The notes below the pieces were generated by a model that searched no databases, was not told where the DNA came from, and worked only from the letters and a program-made list of their open reading frames with translations. A DNA stretch of 64,000 nucleotides, from positions 4,928,001 to 4,992,000 of the forward strand of contig OY970368.1 of assembly GCA_963718615.1 (NCBI GenBank). The letters are read 5' to 3'. Source of the DNA: an uncultured cyanobacterium. GTDB taxonomy: Bacteria > Cyanobacteriota > Cyanobacteriia > PCC-9006 > JAAUQQ01. The first letter of the stretch is position 1; every line of letters starts with the position of its first letter. Positions 10,415-19,901 of this stretch are shown here, piece after piece. A program made the position numbers and the translations under genes.

Positions 10415-11044
10415 TTAACGGGGGCTAAACTCCACCATATTTTCGCGGATCCGGATGTCAAAACGCCCAAAGAAATCGTGACCGAGGAGGCCAATTTCCA
10501 TGTCGGAAGCGATCGCCACATCCACATTTTCGACTTTGGCGGTCTGGATGGCGATGGACTTCATCCGTCCTACGGGAAACTCAACGCTGCTGCCATCGGC
10601 AATCTGGGCCTTGACGAGGCCCTCTGGCTGAATCTGGAGTTCCTTGGCCATGGCACTCGTAATTAGCGTTCCGCTTGCTCCGGTATCCAAAATCATTTCG
10701 TAGGTTTTGACGCCATTAAACGTCACCTCAATCACGGGCGTCATCCCGCTGCGCCGCTTAATCGGCACCTGGACTACCCCATTAGCAACACTACCGGCAG
10801 CACTACCGGAGCCTGAGGCGCGGGCGCTGCCCGAGGTGCTGGGATCGCTGTAACCGCAGAGCTTACCCAGGCTGATAGTTTTACCCGAAGCGTCGATCAT
10901 AAAACAGCCCGTGGAGTCCTGGGCGATCGCCCGTTGGCTGCCCCCTCCAAGGCTCAATCCAAGGCCCAGTCCTAGACTGGCAACCAGTCCTGTAATCAGA
11001 AAGCTGCTGATGGTAAAGGAGCGCTGAATGCTGGGTATCTTCAT
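10415..11044 (-). CDS. Exported retropepsin-like aspartic protease
   Basis: N-terminal signal, ILDTGAS and GLLGHDFF motifs. Confidence 0.85.
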   Translation of the reverse strand: MKIPSIQRSFTISSFLITGLVASLGLGLGLSLGGGSQRAIAQDSTGCFMIDASGKTISLGKLCGYSDPSTSGSARASGSGSAAGSVANGVVQVPIKRRSGMTPVIEVTFNGVKTYEMILDTGASGTLITSAMAKELQIQPEGLVKAQIADGSSVEFPVGRMKSIAIQTAKVENVDVAIASDMEIGLLGHDFFGRFDIRIRENMVEFSPR

Positions 11045-11190
11045 GGGTCGAATAGAGTGCGAAATGACCGAGAGTTGACTTAGAGAAGCGTTAACTCAGA
11101 CAAGAGCTAACTTAGACAAAGTGTTCCCACTGGATACAATCACCGGCACCGATTTTTCCTAGACCGACCGAAGACCGACTGAAAACCGAC

Positions 11191-12042
11191 CTAGGCCGCC
11201 TCTCCATTGGCCTGCATCATTGCTTTGAGCATGGCCTGCTGGCTCACATCCCGATACACCTCCCGCAAATAGGTCATGGTTTGAGCTGCGGTCGAAGCCC
11301 CTGACTCATCCTGGGCGGCTCCGGCTAACGGAATCGTATCCAAAACATCCAAGACGGTTTCCCCGGCGGAGGGCACAATCACCACTAGCCCCGATTCTAG
11401 AGGTTCCTCGTAGCGCCAGAAGTTTTCTAGGGATGGACTGGGACTGGAGCGCAAAAGCTCGGGCTTTGCTTCAACCTGGGCTTGGCCCTGTCGCTTGTGG
11501 CGTAGGGCTTCGAGCACCTGTTCGCGGGTGCGGCCTCGCAATTGGAAGAGGACAAAGGGATCCTCACTAAAGCGATCGCCCAATAAATAATAAACCGCAC
11601 TAATGTGCTTACAGGGATTGGCCTTATCGGGACAGCTACAGCGGGAATGCACCTCGGACAAACTAAAGGGAAAAAGCCGCAACCCATTCACCGCAAAGAC
11701 TTCTTCAATATTCGCGGGCATTTCCCCCGCCAGCAGCTTCGCCGAAAAAATGGCCTTTTCCGAAAGCGTCGCAATCACATAATCCCAGTCTTCATCCGTC
11801 AGGGGATCCAGCCAAAGCGATAGCCGATAGGGCTTGGGATCCGTGCCCTGGACCGTGGCGAGCACCTTTTGTGCCCTGAAGCGGATTGAGAGCACATTGC
11901 CCTGCCGCGCATAGCGCCAGCCCCGCTCCAGTCGTTTTTTGAACCGGTAGGAATTAATCAGATCTAGCCATTGCTGGGCCCACCAACGACGGCTAGAGGG
12001 AGGAGATTCTGGAGAAGGAGCACTCAGTTGCGGCGTCGCCAT
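11191..12042 (-). CDS. SWIM zinc finger protein
   Basis: CSCPDKANPCKH and RLERGWRYARQGNV motifs. Confidence 0.9.
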   Translation of the reverse strand: MATPQLSAPSPESPPSSRRWWAQQWLDLINSYRFKKRLERGWRYARQGNVLSIRFRAQKVLATVQGTDPKPYRLSLWLDPLTDEDWDYVIATLSEKAIFSAKLLAGEMPANIEEVFAVNGLRLFPFSLSEVHSRCSCPDKANPCKHISAVYYLLGDRFSEDPFVLFQLRGRTREQVLEALRHKRQGQAQVEAKPELLRSSPSPSLENFWRYEEPLESGLVVIVPSAGETVLDVLDTIPLAGAAQDESGASTAAQTMTYLREVYRDVSQQAMLKAMMQANGEAA

Positions 12043-12123
12043 GGGAAAACAGAGACCAATTGCTACGGTGGCGTTCAGCCCAAGATAGGTTTCGTCATCC
12101 CTGGGCTAGACCGCTGCTCTATT

Positions 12124-12381
12124 CTAGGCAGGAAGCGGGATAGACTGCACAAACCAAGCGCTCTGGGTCCGCAGTAAATCGCGAATGAGAAGCGATCGCG
12201 ACTCGATATAATCCCTCACCGCTTCCCGTTCTTCTCCGGTTAAGGACTGTTTGTTTTGCACTCGGGTAATCAGCGTATTGGCCAAATCCTGTCCATTGAG
12301 CCCAAGCAACGTGGAACTGGGTGCCTCGTCAATGGTGGCCCAAAGCTGGCGAAGTAAAACGGGGGACATAAGATTTTCCAT
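12124..12381 (-). CDS. Conserved cyanobacterial hypothetical protein
   Basis: 85-aa ORF with an LLRQLW...YI.SR..LIRDL pattern. Confidence 0.65.
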   Translation of the reverse strand: MENLMSPVLLRQLWATIDEAPSSTLLGLNGQDLANTLITRVQNKQSLTGEEREAVRDYIESRSLLIRDLLRTQSAWFVQSIPLPA

Positions 12382-12570
12382 CGAACCTCGTCACTGTCGA
12401 ACCGGTGATAGCATCTTTCCTAAGGGCAATGCCAGGACTATCAACGATTGTTTCAGCGGAATCCGGCAGGAACTCAGTGCAGTTTCCAGCCTCTCTGCAA
12501 CAGTTCTTTAAAGCTCGATCAGAAAAGCAGCAGTTCTATTAGAAAATAGTCACCATTTTAGCGACGTACC

Positions 12571-13161
12571 TCAACGGAGCTGAATGGTCGCTTTGATATC
12601 CCGCAGATCAACATACACATCCGCCACATCCAGCAGGCGATCGCTCACGCTATCGCTTAAACTCACCACTTCACTGCGTACACCGCGATCGCCCACCACC
12701 TTGAGGGCATAGGCCAAAGCCTCATCGCTACTAACCAATACCAGCGTGTCGCAAACCTCCGAAAATCGCATCATATCGATGGCCATCTCCACATCGATAT
12801 CCAGCTTCTTGCTGCCATCGGGAAAGTGCTGCACATCCTTCGTAATCACCCGATAGCCCTGGTGCCGCAGCCAAGGGAGAAATCCCCGGCGATCGCCCGA
12901 CGGCACCTGACGATGGTGCACATCCACACCGGTATAGAAGAGCGCGTGAACAAGCTGCCCATCCCGCGCCAAGAACCGCAGCAACGCCCCATAGTCCAAC
13001 GTAATGTCAAGCTGGAGCGCAGCATAGAACAGGCTCAAACCATCGATCAGCACCGCAATCCGACCCCGTGGGGAAAGGGAAGCTGGAAGTTTATAGTGAG
13101 GGTCAAGCCGCTCAGAGCGAGGAGCACGAATTGCTGTCGAGGCCAACCGAGGTCGCTGCAT
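12571..13161 (-). CDS. NYN-domain (LabA/DUF88) protein
   Basis: IAVLIDG, KKLDIDVEMAIDM and LVLVSSD motifs. Confidence 0.85.
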   Translation of the reverse strand: MQRPRLASTAIRAPRSERLDPHYKLPASLSPRGRIAVLIDGLSLFYAALQLDITLDYGALLRFLARDGQLVHALFYTGVDVHHRQVPSGDRRGFLPWLRHQGYRVITKDVQHFPDGSKKLDIDVEMAIDMMRFSEVCDTLVLVSSDEALAYALKVVGDRGVRSEVVSLSDSVSDRLLDVADVYVDLRDIKATIQLR

Positions 13162-13493
13162 TCAATGACGAGGAATCAACAAAATTTAAAGAAAACAACC
13201 CCAGCTGGGGCAACAAACGTTAAACAACTTTATAAAGCAAAGCTCTGTTTCAAATTCTAACTTGCCTGTATTTCAGGGTAAATCGCAACACTGCTTGATA
13301 TTTTGTTTCACAAATTTAAACTTACTCGCAGCACAAAAGGGGAGCCAGCGCCAAAGAGGGGATGGGGCCGCCAGCCCCTGCGAACTACCGAAGAGAAGGA
13401 CTTGAGCGCAGAACTGGGCTTCCCATGTCAATATTCACATCACTGATTAAGATTGGGATGACCTTTTCAATCAGCCCTATCCCGTAATTCGCC

Positions 13494-14489
13494 ATGAGAC
13501 GTCGTCGCCAAACTTCTTGGATCCATCGTCGGTCCCGTTATCTCATCGGTGGCATTGCGACCACAGGTGCAGTTCTAACCGGCTATCTGACCGCAGTGAA
13601 GTTTGCCCAGGCAGAGGCAGCTTGCCCCATCAGCGGTTGTGAGCAAGTCCTCTCCAGTGACTACGCCACCGTATTGGGTCTACCCCTGACCTTGTTCGGC
13701 TGCTTGGCTTACCTATCCATGGCAGCGATGGCATTGGCCCCCCTAGCCCTGCGTTCAGAAAAACAGCAGGAGCTACGGCTAACCCTAGAAAACTGGACCT
13801 GGAATCTGCTGTTCTTAGGGGGAACCGCAATGATGATTTTCAGCGGATATCTAATGTATCTGCTGACCAGCGAAATTAAGTCCTTTTGTCTCTACTGCGT
13901 GGGTTCCGCACTCCTCAGCACGTCGCTCTTTGTGCTTAGCGTGTTCGGCAAGTCTTGGGAGGATACCGGTAAGCTGATCTTCAACGGCATCTTGGTTGGA
14001 TTGGCAACCTTAATAGCCACCTTAGGCGTTTATGCATCCCCCAGCGGCGACACCGGCGGTGCCACCAATGAACCCACGGTGCAGATCATCGACCCAGCAG
14101 GCAATAACGCACCGCCCCGTGCCACCACCCAATCCGGCGAAGCTGAGCTGGCACTGGCAGATCATCTACAAAAAATTGGAGCAAAATCGTTTGGAGCTTG
14201 GTGGTGTCCCCACTGTTTTGAACAGCGGCAGCTTTTGGGTCAGGCCGCTTACAAGAAAATCACCTCCATCGAATGCGACCCAGGCGGAGTGGATCCCCAA
14301 CCCCAGGTTTGCCAAGCATCAGGGGTGCAAAGCTATCCCAGTTGGGAAATTAACGACAAACTCTACGCAGGGGTTCAAGAGCCCCAAGAACTCGCTGCGG
14401 CTTCCGGCTACAAAGGTCCAATGAACTTCAAATACACACTGGCCAATATTCCACAGACGATGCCAAAGTTTGAGGAAAAGAAAAACTAA
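13494..14489 (+). CDS. Vitamin K epoxide reductase-thioredoxin fusion (DsbAB-like)
   Basis: VKOR motifs CPISGCEQVLSS and CLYC; thioredoxin motif WCPHC. Confidence 0.92.
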   Translation: MRRRRQTSWIHRRSRYLIGGIATTGAVLTGYLTAVKFAQAEAACPISGCEQVLSSDYATVLGLPLTLFGCLAYLSMAAMALAPLALRSEKQQELRLTLENWTWNLLFLGGTAMMIFSGYLMYLLTSEIKSFCLYCVGSALLSTSLFVLSVFGKSWEDTGKLIFNGILVGLATLIATLGVYASPSGDTGGATNEPTVQIIDPAGNNAPPRATTQSGEAELALADHLQKIGAKSFGAWWCPHCFEQRQLLGQAAYKKITSIECDPGGVDPQPQVCQASGVQSYPSWEINDKLYAGVQEPQELAAASGYKGPMNFKYTLANIPQTMPKFEEKKN

Positions 14490-14549
14490 GGTTTTAGAAA
14501 GCCCAGTTAGACAACCCAACTAGATAGCCCAGTTAGATAACCCAGAAAT

Positions 14550-14579
14550 AAGGCACACTCCCTCCCCGGAATGTGCCTT
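14550..14579. terminator. Terminator-like hairpin
   Basis: AAGGCACA...TGTGCCTT stem. A G-U pair forms only on the minus strand, where TTATTT follows. Confidence 0.55.
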
Positions 14580-14775
14580 TGATTTGGAACATCAACAACC
14601 CTTCAAAACATGAAGAATTGCCCTTTAGGGATGTCCCCTCAATCTTCGTGTTGTTGGGTAACCTGCGAATCTACAAAATCAAACCCTAAGGTTTCAAACT
14701 ATCACGAGAGGATATACAAAGATCGAAGTCTGCACACGCTGCGCACAGGCAGGCAGGTTCGAATCTCGCTGGATC

Positions 14776-14862
14776 CTAGCGTTCAGAACCGCGCCACTGC
14801 TGTTCCTTTGCAGGACGCTCAATTGCAACGGTTAGGAGGGTAGAAAGTTGAGACATACGCAT
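14776..14862 (-). CDS. Candidate 28-aa small protein
   Basis: MRMSQLSTLLTVAIERPAKEQQWRGSER*. Below the ORF-track cutoff; no homologue recognised. Confidence 0.3.
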   Translation of the reverse strand: MRMSQLSTLLTVAIERPAKEQQWRGSER

Positions 14863-14971
14863 AGTGAATGACTTAATCTTTCACAAGAGGTTGACACCCC
14901 TAGGGTGCCCGACCCCCCAAGAGAACTAACACCGTAATTTTCAGATTTACGAACTGAACCACAATCCCAAA

Positions 14972-15013
14972 AGGCCAGAGAGGCCGATGGTTCACCATCG
15001 GCCTCTCTGGCCT
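14972..15013. terminator. Perfect 19-bp hairpin (terminator or 5' stabiliser)
   Basis: AGGCCAGAGAGGCCGATGG-TTCA-CCATCGGCCTCTCTGGCCT, with a T-tract on the minus strand. Confidence 0.65.
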
Positions 15014-15124
15014 CTAATCTCTCAACTCTAACCCTAGGGAATATACGAGGAAAAAATTATTCTCCGAGCAAGAATCCTCGGGGAAACCCCCTAGAGAGCA
15101 TGGGCAAAGATCCCGAAAAGAGCT

Positions 15125-15379
15125 TTAGAAATTAGCCTCACAGATGCTTTCCTCTAACGCATCATGTTCCTCAGGCGTTAGTTGTCCAGAATCTTCCATT
15201 TCGTCTAGCCAATAGTACAGAGCCTGCCGAGCCGACTCCACAGGGGCAAGATGGGCCTCGCTGAGATCGTGGGTGCGCATGCAGTCGTGACAGAAGAACT
15301 GCGAAATGCCAAAGGCATCCATGCCAAGGTGGGACAAATTGGTACTGATGCAGTAAGGGCAGCGTTGAGTGGGTTCCAT
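15125..15379 (-). CDS. Small hypothetical zinc-ribbon protein
   Basis: CPYC...CHDC pair and an acidic C-terminus. Confidence 0.6.
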   Translation of the reverse strand: MEPTQRCPYCISTNLSHLGMDAFGISQFFCHDCMRTHDLSEAHLAPVESARQALYYWLDEMEDSGQLTPEEHDALEESICEANF

Positions 15380-15618
15380 CTTGAGCGTTTATGGGATCGA
15401 AATCGCGTAGCAGTCAGCGCCCCTGAGTTTTTATCTCTAGAGATTATTAGACGCCAGAATGGCGCGCGCAGTGATCTGGGTTGCTTTTACCTAGGTAAAA
15501 AATGAATCCTCCCGATCGCAGCTTAGACCCGTAGGATGGTTTATAAATTGAAATCAATGTCCAGAAGCTTAGTCCAGAAGCTTCATGTCCAGAAGCTTGC
15601 CGTCTCTAACATTGGCCT

Positions 15619-16578
15619 ATGTCTTTTCTCCGTTTAATCCCATCCCGAGCCCGAATTGGGCTAGGTGTTTTCCTCGGACTGTTGCCCAGTGGTGTTTTAG
15701 CCAGTGGGATACTTGGGATAGCGCCTGCGATCGCCCAATCTCCTAACCCGAACCCAGTCGCCGCTAGCAGTGGTGAGGGACTCTGCGGTCTACCTGCCCT
15801 CGCCCGTCTGCGCAACCATTCCGTCACCGCTGGCGAAACCCTGGCCAGCATCGCCAATCAATATGGCCTCACCCCGGCCACGCTCAAAGGGTTTAACCCA
15901 GCCGTGCGCTCGGGTACGGTGCAGCCGGGCAACACCTTGCAAATTCCGCCCTACAACGGCATTCGCGTCGCCACTGGCGGACAATCCTGGAAGGACCTGG
16001 CGACCCGGTATCAGGTGCGATCAGATGTGTTGTTTGAGGTCAATGGCTGTGTTAATAGCCCAGCCACCGCTTTTATTCCCGGCATCAACTGGGTACCGGG
16101 CATTGAAACCAGTTCCATCACCCTCACGAAAGCCCCCTCAGACCAAGGGGTGCTGCTGGGCTTTCCTCTGATGCAGGGCAATCGCATTCTGCTGGGCTAT
16201 GGTTGGCAGATGGACCCTCAGCTCAATCAAGTGGTCTTCCATGGCGGCGTTGACCTCGCTGCGTCCCTGGGAGACAGCGTCTTTGCCATCGGCCAGGGCA
16301 CGGTTGCCTATGCGGGTAAGCAAGAGGGCTATGGCCTGTTGGTGGTGGTGAACCACGCTAATGGTCTACAAACGCGGTATGCCCAGCTCAGGGAAATTAA
16401 CGTCCGTGCGGGAGAAGATGTCTCTCGCAATACAGTTTTGGGGCTAGTCGGACAAACGGGCATTCCCAGCTCGAAGGCCCCCCACCTGCATTTTGAAGTC
16501 CGGCTCAATTCCGATGTGGGTTGGGTAGCCCAGGATCCCACCGGCTACTTTGATGAAAAGGTCGTGTTGGGCAACTGA
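15619..16578 (+). CDS. LysM + M23 peptidase
   Basis: LysM domain (HSVTAGETLASIA); M23 motifs HGGVD and PHLHFEVR. Confidence 0.9.
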   Translation: MSFLRLIPSRARIGLGVFLGLLPSGVLASGILGIAPAIAQSPNPNPVAASSGEGLCGLPALARLRNHSVTAGETLASIANQYGLTPATLKGFNPAVRSGTVQPGNTLQIPPYNGIRVATGGQSWKDLATRYQVRSDVLFEVNGCVNSPATAFIPGINWVPGIETSSITLTKAPSDQGVLLGFPLMQGNRILLGYGWQMDPQLNQVVFHGGVDLAASLGDSVFAIGQGTVAYAGKQEGYGLLVVVNHANGLQTRYAQLREINVRAGEDVSRNTVLGLVGQTGIPSSKAPHLHFEVRLNSDVGWVAQDPTGYFDEKVVLGN

Positions 16579-16612
16579 GGTCAGGTCTTTACTGGCTGAA
16601 CTGACTGATCTT

Positions 16613-17500
16613 TCACTTGCTGGTTTTGGCAAGGGCGGCTTGGCTGTTCTTGCCATATTGGATGACCCGATCCTGAGCGGTGGGATAGCGAGGGTCATTG
16701 GCCGGAACCTCTGCCATTAAGTCAGCGGCCTTCTGCCAGCGGGCAGCGAGATCTAGCCACTCGGCATTGGTGCTGGCGGTTTGGCCGGCGGCTGCGGCTT
16801 TTTCGGCCATGCGCACTGCTACCACAAAGGGTTCTTCTGAAGCGTTTTCAGCTTTTCCAGCTTGACCTGGAGAGGCATTGGGACGATGGGTAGAGGTGCG
16901 ATCGCCCTCCCCCTGAGCCCGTCGCTCCGCCCATTGGTTCCACAGCAACCAACCTCCCATGACCACCACCGCCACACTCAGCCCACCCAAAATGGCCGAG
17001 GGCCAGGAACGCTGACTGCGAGACCAATCGCCAATGCGGCTGGGCTGTTGATGGGCTTGGGATTTGAGGTCAGCGATGCGTTTGGCCCGTTGACGACTGT
17101 AGTGCCAGTCTTCTGTGAGCTGCTTGAAGAACGGGGGCTTTTTGAGTTTGAGATCAGCTGTCCACAGCACCTGATCGTCCTTATTCTCTTGAACTTCCTT
17201 CAGCCACAGCAGTTGTTGCTCCCGGTTGATGCGGCTAAAAACCCGCACCTGAGCAATATTACGGGGCGAAATTTCCTCCAAGATAGCTTGAACCTGGGGA
17301 AGTAATTCTGTCTGATCTAACCCCGCAGGATTGGAGGCTTCACAGAGCAACTGCAGGATTCCAGCTTCCAAAACGGCACGGGTCCGGATTCCAGCTTCCG
17401 CCAAGCGCGTGTTCAGAATTTGGATAATGGCTGTAATGCTGCCCGTTCGGGCTTGGCCAAAGACTTCTTCAGTCATTGACGTGGGCTGAGATGTGGTCAT
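16613..17500 (-). CDS. Conserved cyanobacterial membrane-anchored hypothetical protein
   Basis: QAR.GS..AIIQILN N-terminus, one TM helix, and AARWQKAADLM helical C-terminus. Confidence 0.7.
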   Translation of the reverse strand: MTTSQPTSMTEEVFGQARTGSITAIIQILNTRLAEAGIRTRAVLEAGILQLLCEASNPAGLDQTELLPQVQAILEEISPRNIAQVRVFSRINREQQLLWLKEVQENKDDQVLWTADLKLKKPPFFKQLTEDWHYSRQRAKRIADLKSQAHQQPSRIGDWSRSQRSWPSAILGGLSVAVVVMGGWLLWNQWAERRAQGEGDRTSTHRPNASPGQAGKAENASEEPFVVAVRMAEKAAAAGQTASTNAEWLDLAARWQKAADLMAEVPANDPRYPTAQDRVIQYGKNSQAALAKTSK

Positions 17501-17629
17501 GACTCAAACGCTACTCTCAATACGCAAGAAGCACGGACTTCGCTCACCACTCACTAAAATACCGTGGCGCTGTAGAAGTTGGATAATTCCGACGCATTAC
17601 TTACGCGCTTAACCCGGAGAGCTTAATTA

Positions 17630-17702
17630 CGAGCATGGCAGGATTCGAACCTGCGACCCTCAGAACCGGAATCTGATGCTCTATCCACTGAGCTACATGC
17701 CC
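17630..17702 (-). tRNA. tRNA-Arg(CCG)
   Basis: GGGCATGTAGCTCAGTGGATAGAGCATCAGATTCCGGTTCTGAGGGTCGCAGGTTCGAATCCTGCCATGCTCG; anticodon CCG. Confidence 0.97.
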
Positions 17703-17787
17703 TCTCAGACTTTCCCAGTATATCAGGATAGGCGTGAATCGGTGCTAGATTCGCTATGCGTCTTTTGGCCCCACGAAGCCGACCTGC

Positions 17788-18945
17788 ATGTTTTTGTCTG
17801 CTCTCCACCTCCGTCAGTTTCGCAACTATGCCGAGCAATCGGTGGAATTTTCAGCCCCGAAGACAATTTTGGTGGGGGAGAACGCCCAGGGAAAGTCAAA
17901 TTTGCTGGAGGCGGTGGAGCTGCTTTCGGCGCTGAAGTCGCACCGGACCAGTCGCGATCGCGATCTCGTTTTAGATGGCCATGACCTTGCCCAAATCAAA
18001 GGACAGGTTGAGCGCGGAGCCGGTCCCCTAGAGCTAAAAATGACGCTGCGCACCAGTGGTCGCCGCACGGTGGTCTTGAATGGAGAAACCCTACGGCGGC
18101 AGATGGATTTTCTGGGGATGCTGAATACAGTGCAGTTTTCGAGCCTGGATCTCGAGCTGGTGAGGGGAGGACCGGCCTATCGACGGGACTGGCTAGATGG
18201 ATTGCTGATTCAGCTAGAGCCATTTTATGCCCACTTGCTCCAGCAGTATGGGCGGGTTCTGCGACAGCGCAATGCTCTGCTGCGCCAGGCGGCTTCGGAG
18301 GGAGAACCGGGTATAGCTCCATTCTCGACAGATCCGCTGGCCGGTTTGGCGATTTGGGATGCGCAGCTCGCGGCTCTGGGCACCCGCCTGCTGCGGCGAC
18401 GCGCCCGCGCCCTAGAGCGGCTAACGCCCTTGGCCCAGCATTGGCATGGGCTGATCAGCGGCAGTCGGGAAGACTTACAGATGGTTTATCGCCCCAGCGT
18501 GGCGCGGGAGGAACCGGCCCTGTGGGACCAGCCCGAGGCGTTGCAGACGGCCTTTCTGGAGAGGATTCGTCAGCGGGCGATCGCCGAACAGGTCAACGGC
18601 ACCACCCTAGTCGGACCCCATCGGGACGAAATCGACTTTCTCATTAACGAAACCCCAGCGCGCCAATACGGTTCTCAAGGTCAGCAGCGAACCCTGGTGT
18701 TGGCGCTCAAACTAGCGGAGCTAAAACTGATTGACGAGGTTATCGGCGATCCCCCGCTGTTGCTCTTGGACGATGTCTTAGCAGAGCTCGATCTCAACCG
18801 CCAGAACCAGCTCCTGGAAGTCATTCAAGACCGCTTTCAAACCCTGATTACCACGACCCATTTGAGCGCCTTTGAGGCCCAGTGGCTGCAGTCCTCGCAA
18901 ATTTTGACCGTGCAAGCAGGCCGGATCGTCTCGCTAGCCCTCTAA
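17788..18945 (+). CDS. recF: DNA replication/repair protein RecF
   Basis: [20 protein letters not shown] and [12 protein letters not shown] motifs. Confidence 0.97.
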   Translation: MFLSALHLRQFRNYAEQSVEFSAPKTILVGENAQGKSNLLEAVELLSALKSHRTSRDRDLVLDGHDLAQIKGQVERGAGPLELKMTLRTSGRRTVVLNGETLRRQMDFLGMLNTVQFSSLDLELVRGGPAYRRDWLDGLLIQLEPFYAHLLQQYGRVLRQRNALLRQAASEGEPGIAPFSTDPLAGLAIWDAQLAALGTRLLRRRARALERLTPLAQHWHGLISGSREDLQMVYRPSVAREEPALWDQPEALQTAFLERIRQRAIAEQVNGTTLVGPHRDEIDFLINETPARQYGSQGQQRTLVLALKLAELKLIDEVIGDPPLLLLDDVLAELDLNRQNQLLEVIQDRFQTLITTTHLSAFEAQWLQSSQILTVQAGRIVSLAL

Positions 18946-19294
18946 GCTTTATCCCTCAAGGCTTTTCCTGAAAATAGGGTCGCAGCCAGTTACAGATCTG
19001 TCTTTCCACGCTGTTATGTAGAGAAACATTGCTCTATGATGGTTAGCTGTTGTTAATTGGAAGCCTTCTGTCATTTAGGCTAGGCTTATCTGCTGATTTG
19101 GGGGGTGGGAGCAATTCGCTCAACACGTCTGATTGGAACTACTGCCAAATGGGCTGGGAATCGTCGCTTGCGGCGCTTCACCTGGCCTCCTGCGGAAACG
19201 TAGCGTCGCGGACGGTCCTAACCATCCGAAATCTCGGCTAGGCTTGCCTGCCTGGAGAAGCGGAAAGCGTCCTACTAATTGGGGATAGAGAACC

Positions 19295-19720
19295 ATGTCT
19301 TACTCACTATCTAGCCAGTTGGGGGATCAGTTTTTTGCTCCCGTTGGAACCCACTGCATCCTTGAACTCTACGGCTGTCCAGCTGAAGCGCTAAATGATG
19401 CAGATCGAATACAGCAAGCATTACGCGATGCTGCTCGGGTTGCTGACTCAACGCTTCTATCCGAAGTGTGTCACCAGTTTCAACCCCACGGGGTAACGGC
19501 TCTCGCTCTGTTAGCCGAATCCCATATTTCTGTTCATACCTGGCCTGAAACCGGCTATGCAGCAGTTGATGTCTTTACCTGTGGAGAACACACAAAGCCT
19601 GAAAAGGCCTGTGTTTACCTGGTTGAAGCGCTCCAGGCAGGAGATTATACGCTCCAAACCGTAGCGCGACGTCCGCCCGCTGTCCCCAGTATTAAACAGG
19701 AGCCAGCGATCGCCTGCTAA
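19295..19720 (+). CDS. speD: S-adenosylmethionine decarboxylase proenzyme
   Basis: LAE|SHISVHTWPE autocleavage motif and DVFTCG. Confidence 0.93.
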   Translation: MSYSLSSQLGDQFFAPVGTHCILELYGCPAEALNDADRIQQALRDAARVADSTLLSEVCHQFQPHGVTALALLAESHISVHTWPETGYAAVDVFTCGEHTKPEKACVYLVEALQAGDYTLQTVARRPPAVPSIKQEPAIAC

Positions 19721-19805
19721 CTTCGGCAGTCAATCACAATCGGACAACTTGTGAATTCTATGGATTGGAATTCTAATTTTGGAATTCTGGTCATAGAATT
19801 TTTTT

Positions 19806-19833
19806 AGGGAGTGGCGATCGCCACTCCCTTTTT
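19806..19833 (+). terminator. speD terminator, HIP1-centred perfect palindrome
   Basis: AGGGAGTGGCGA|TCGCCACTCCCT followed by TTTT. Confidence 0.75.
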
Positions 19834-19901
19834 ACAGTTTTTTCACCACTTATGTCCCTGAATTGAGAAAATAGAACACAGCGACAGAAACCTTACACAG
19901 A

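Noticed and set aside
14753-14769. GCAGGTTCGAATC resembling a tRNA T-arm
   Set aside because: No acceptor, D or anticodon arm can be folded around it.
14610-14843. 77-aa plus-strand ORF
   Set aside because: No recognisable motif or SD, and it crosses structured non-coding sequence.
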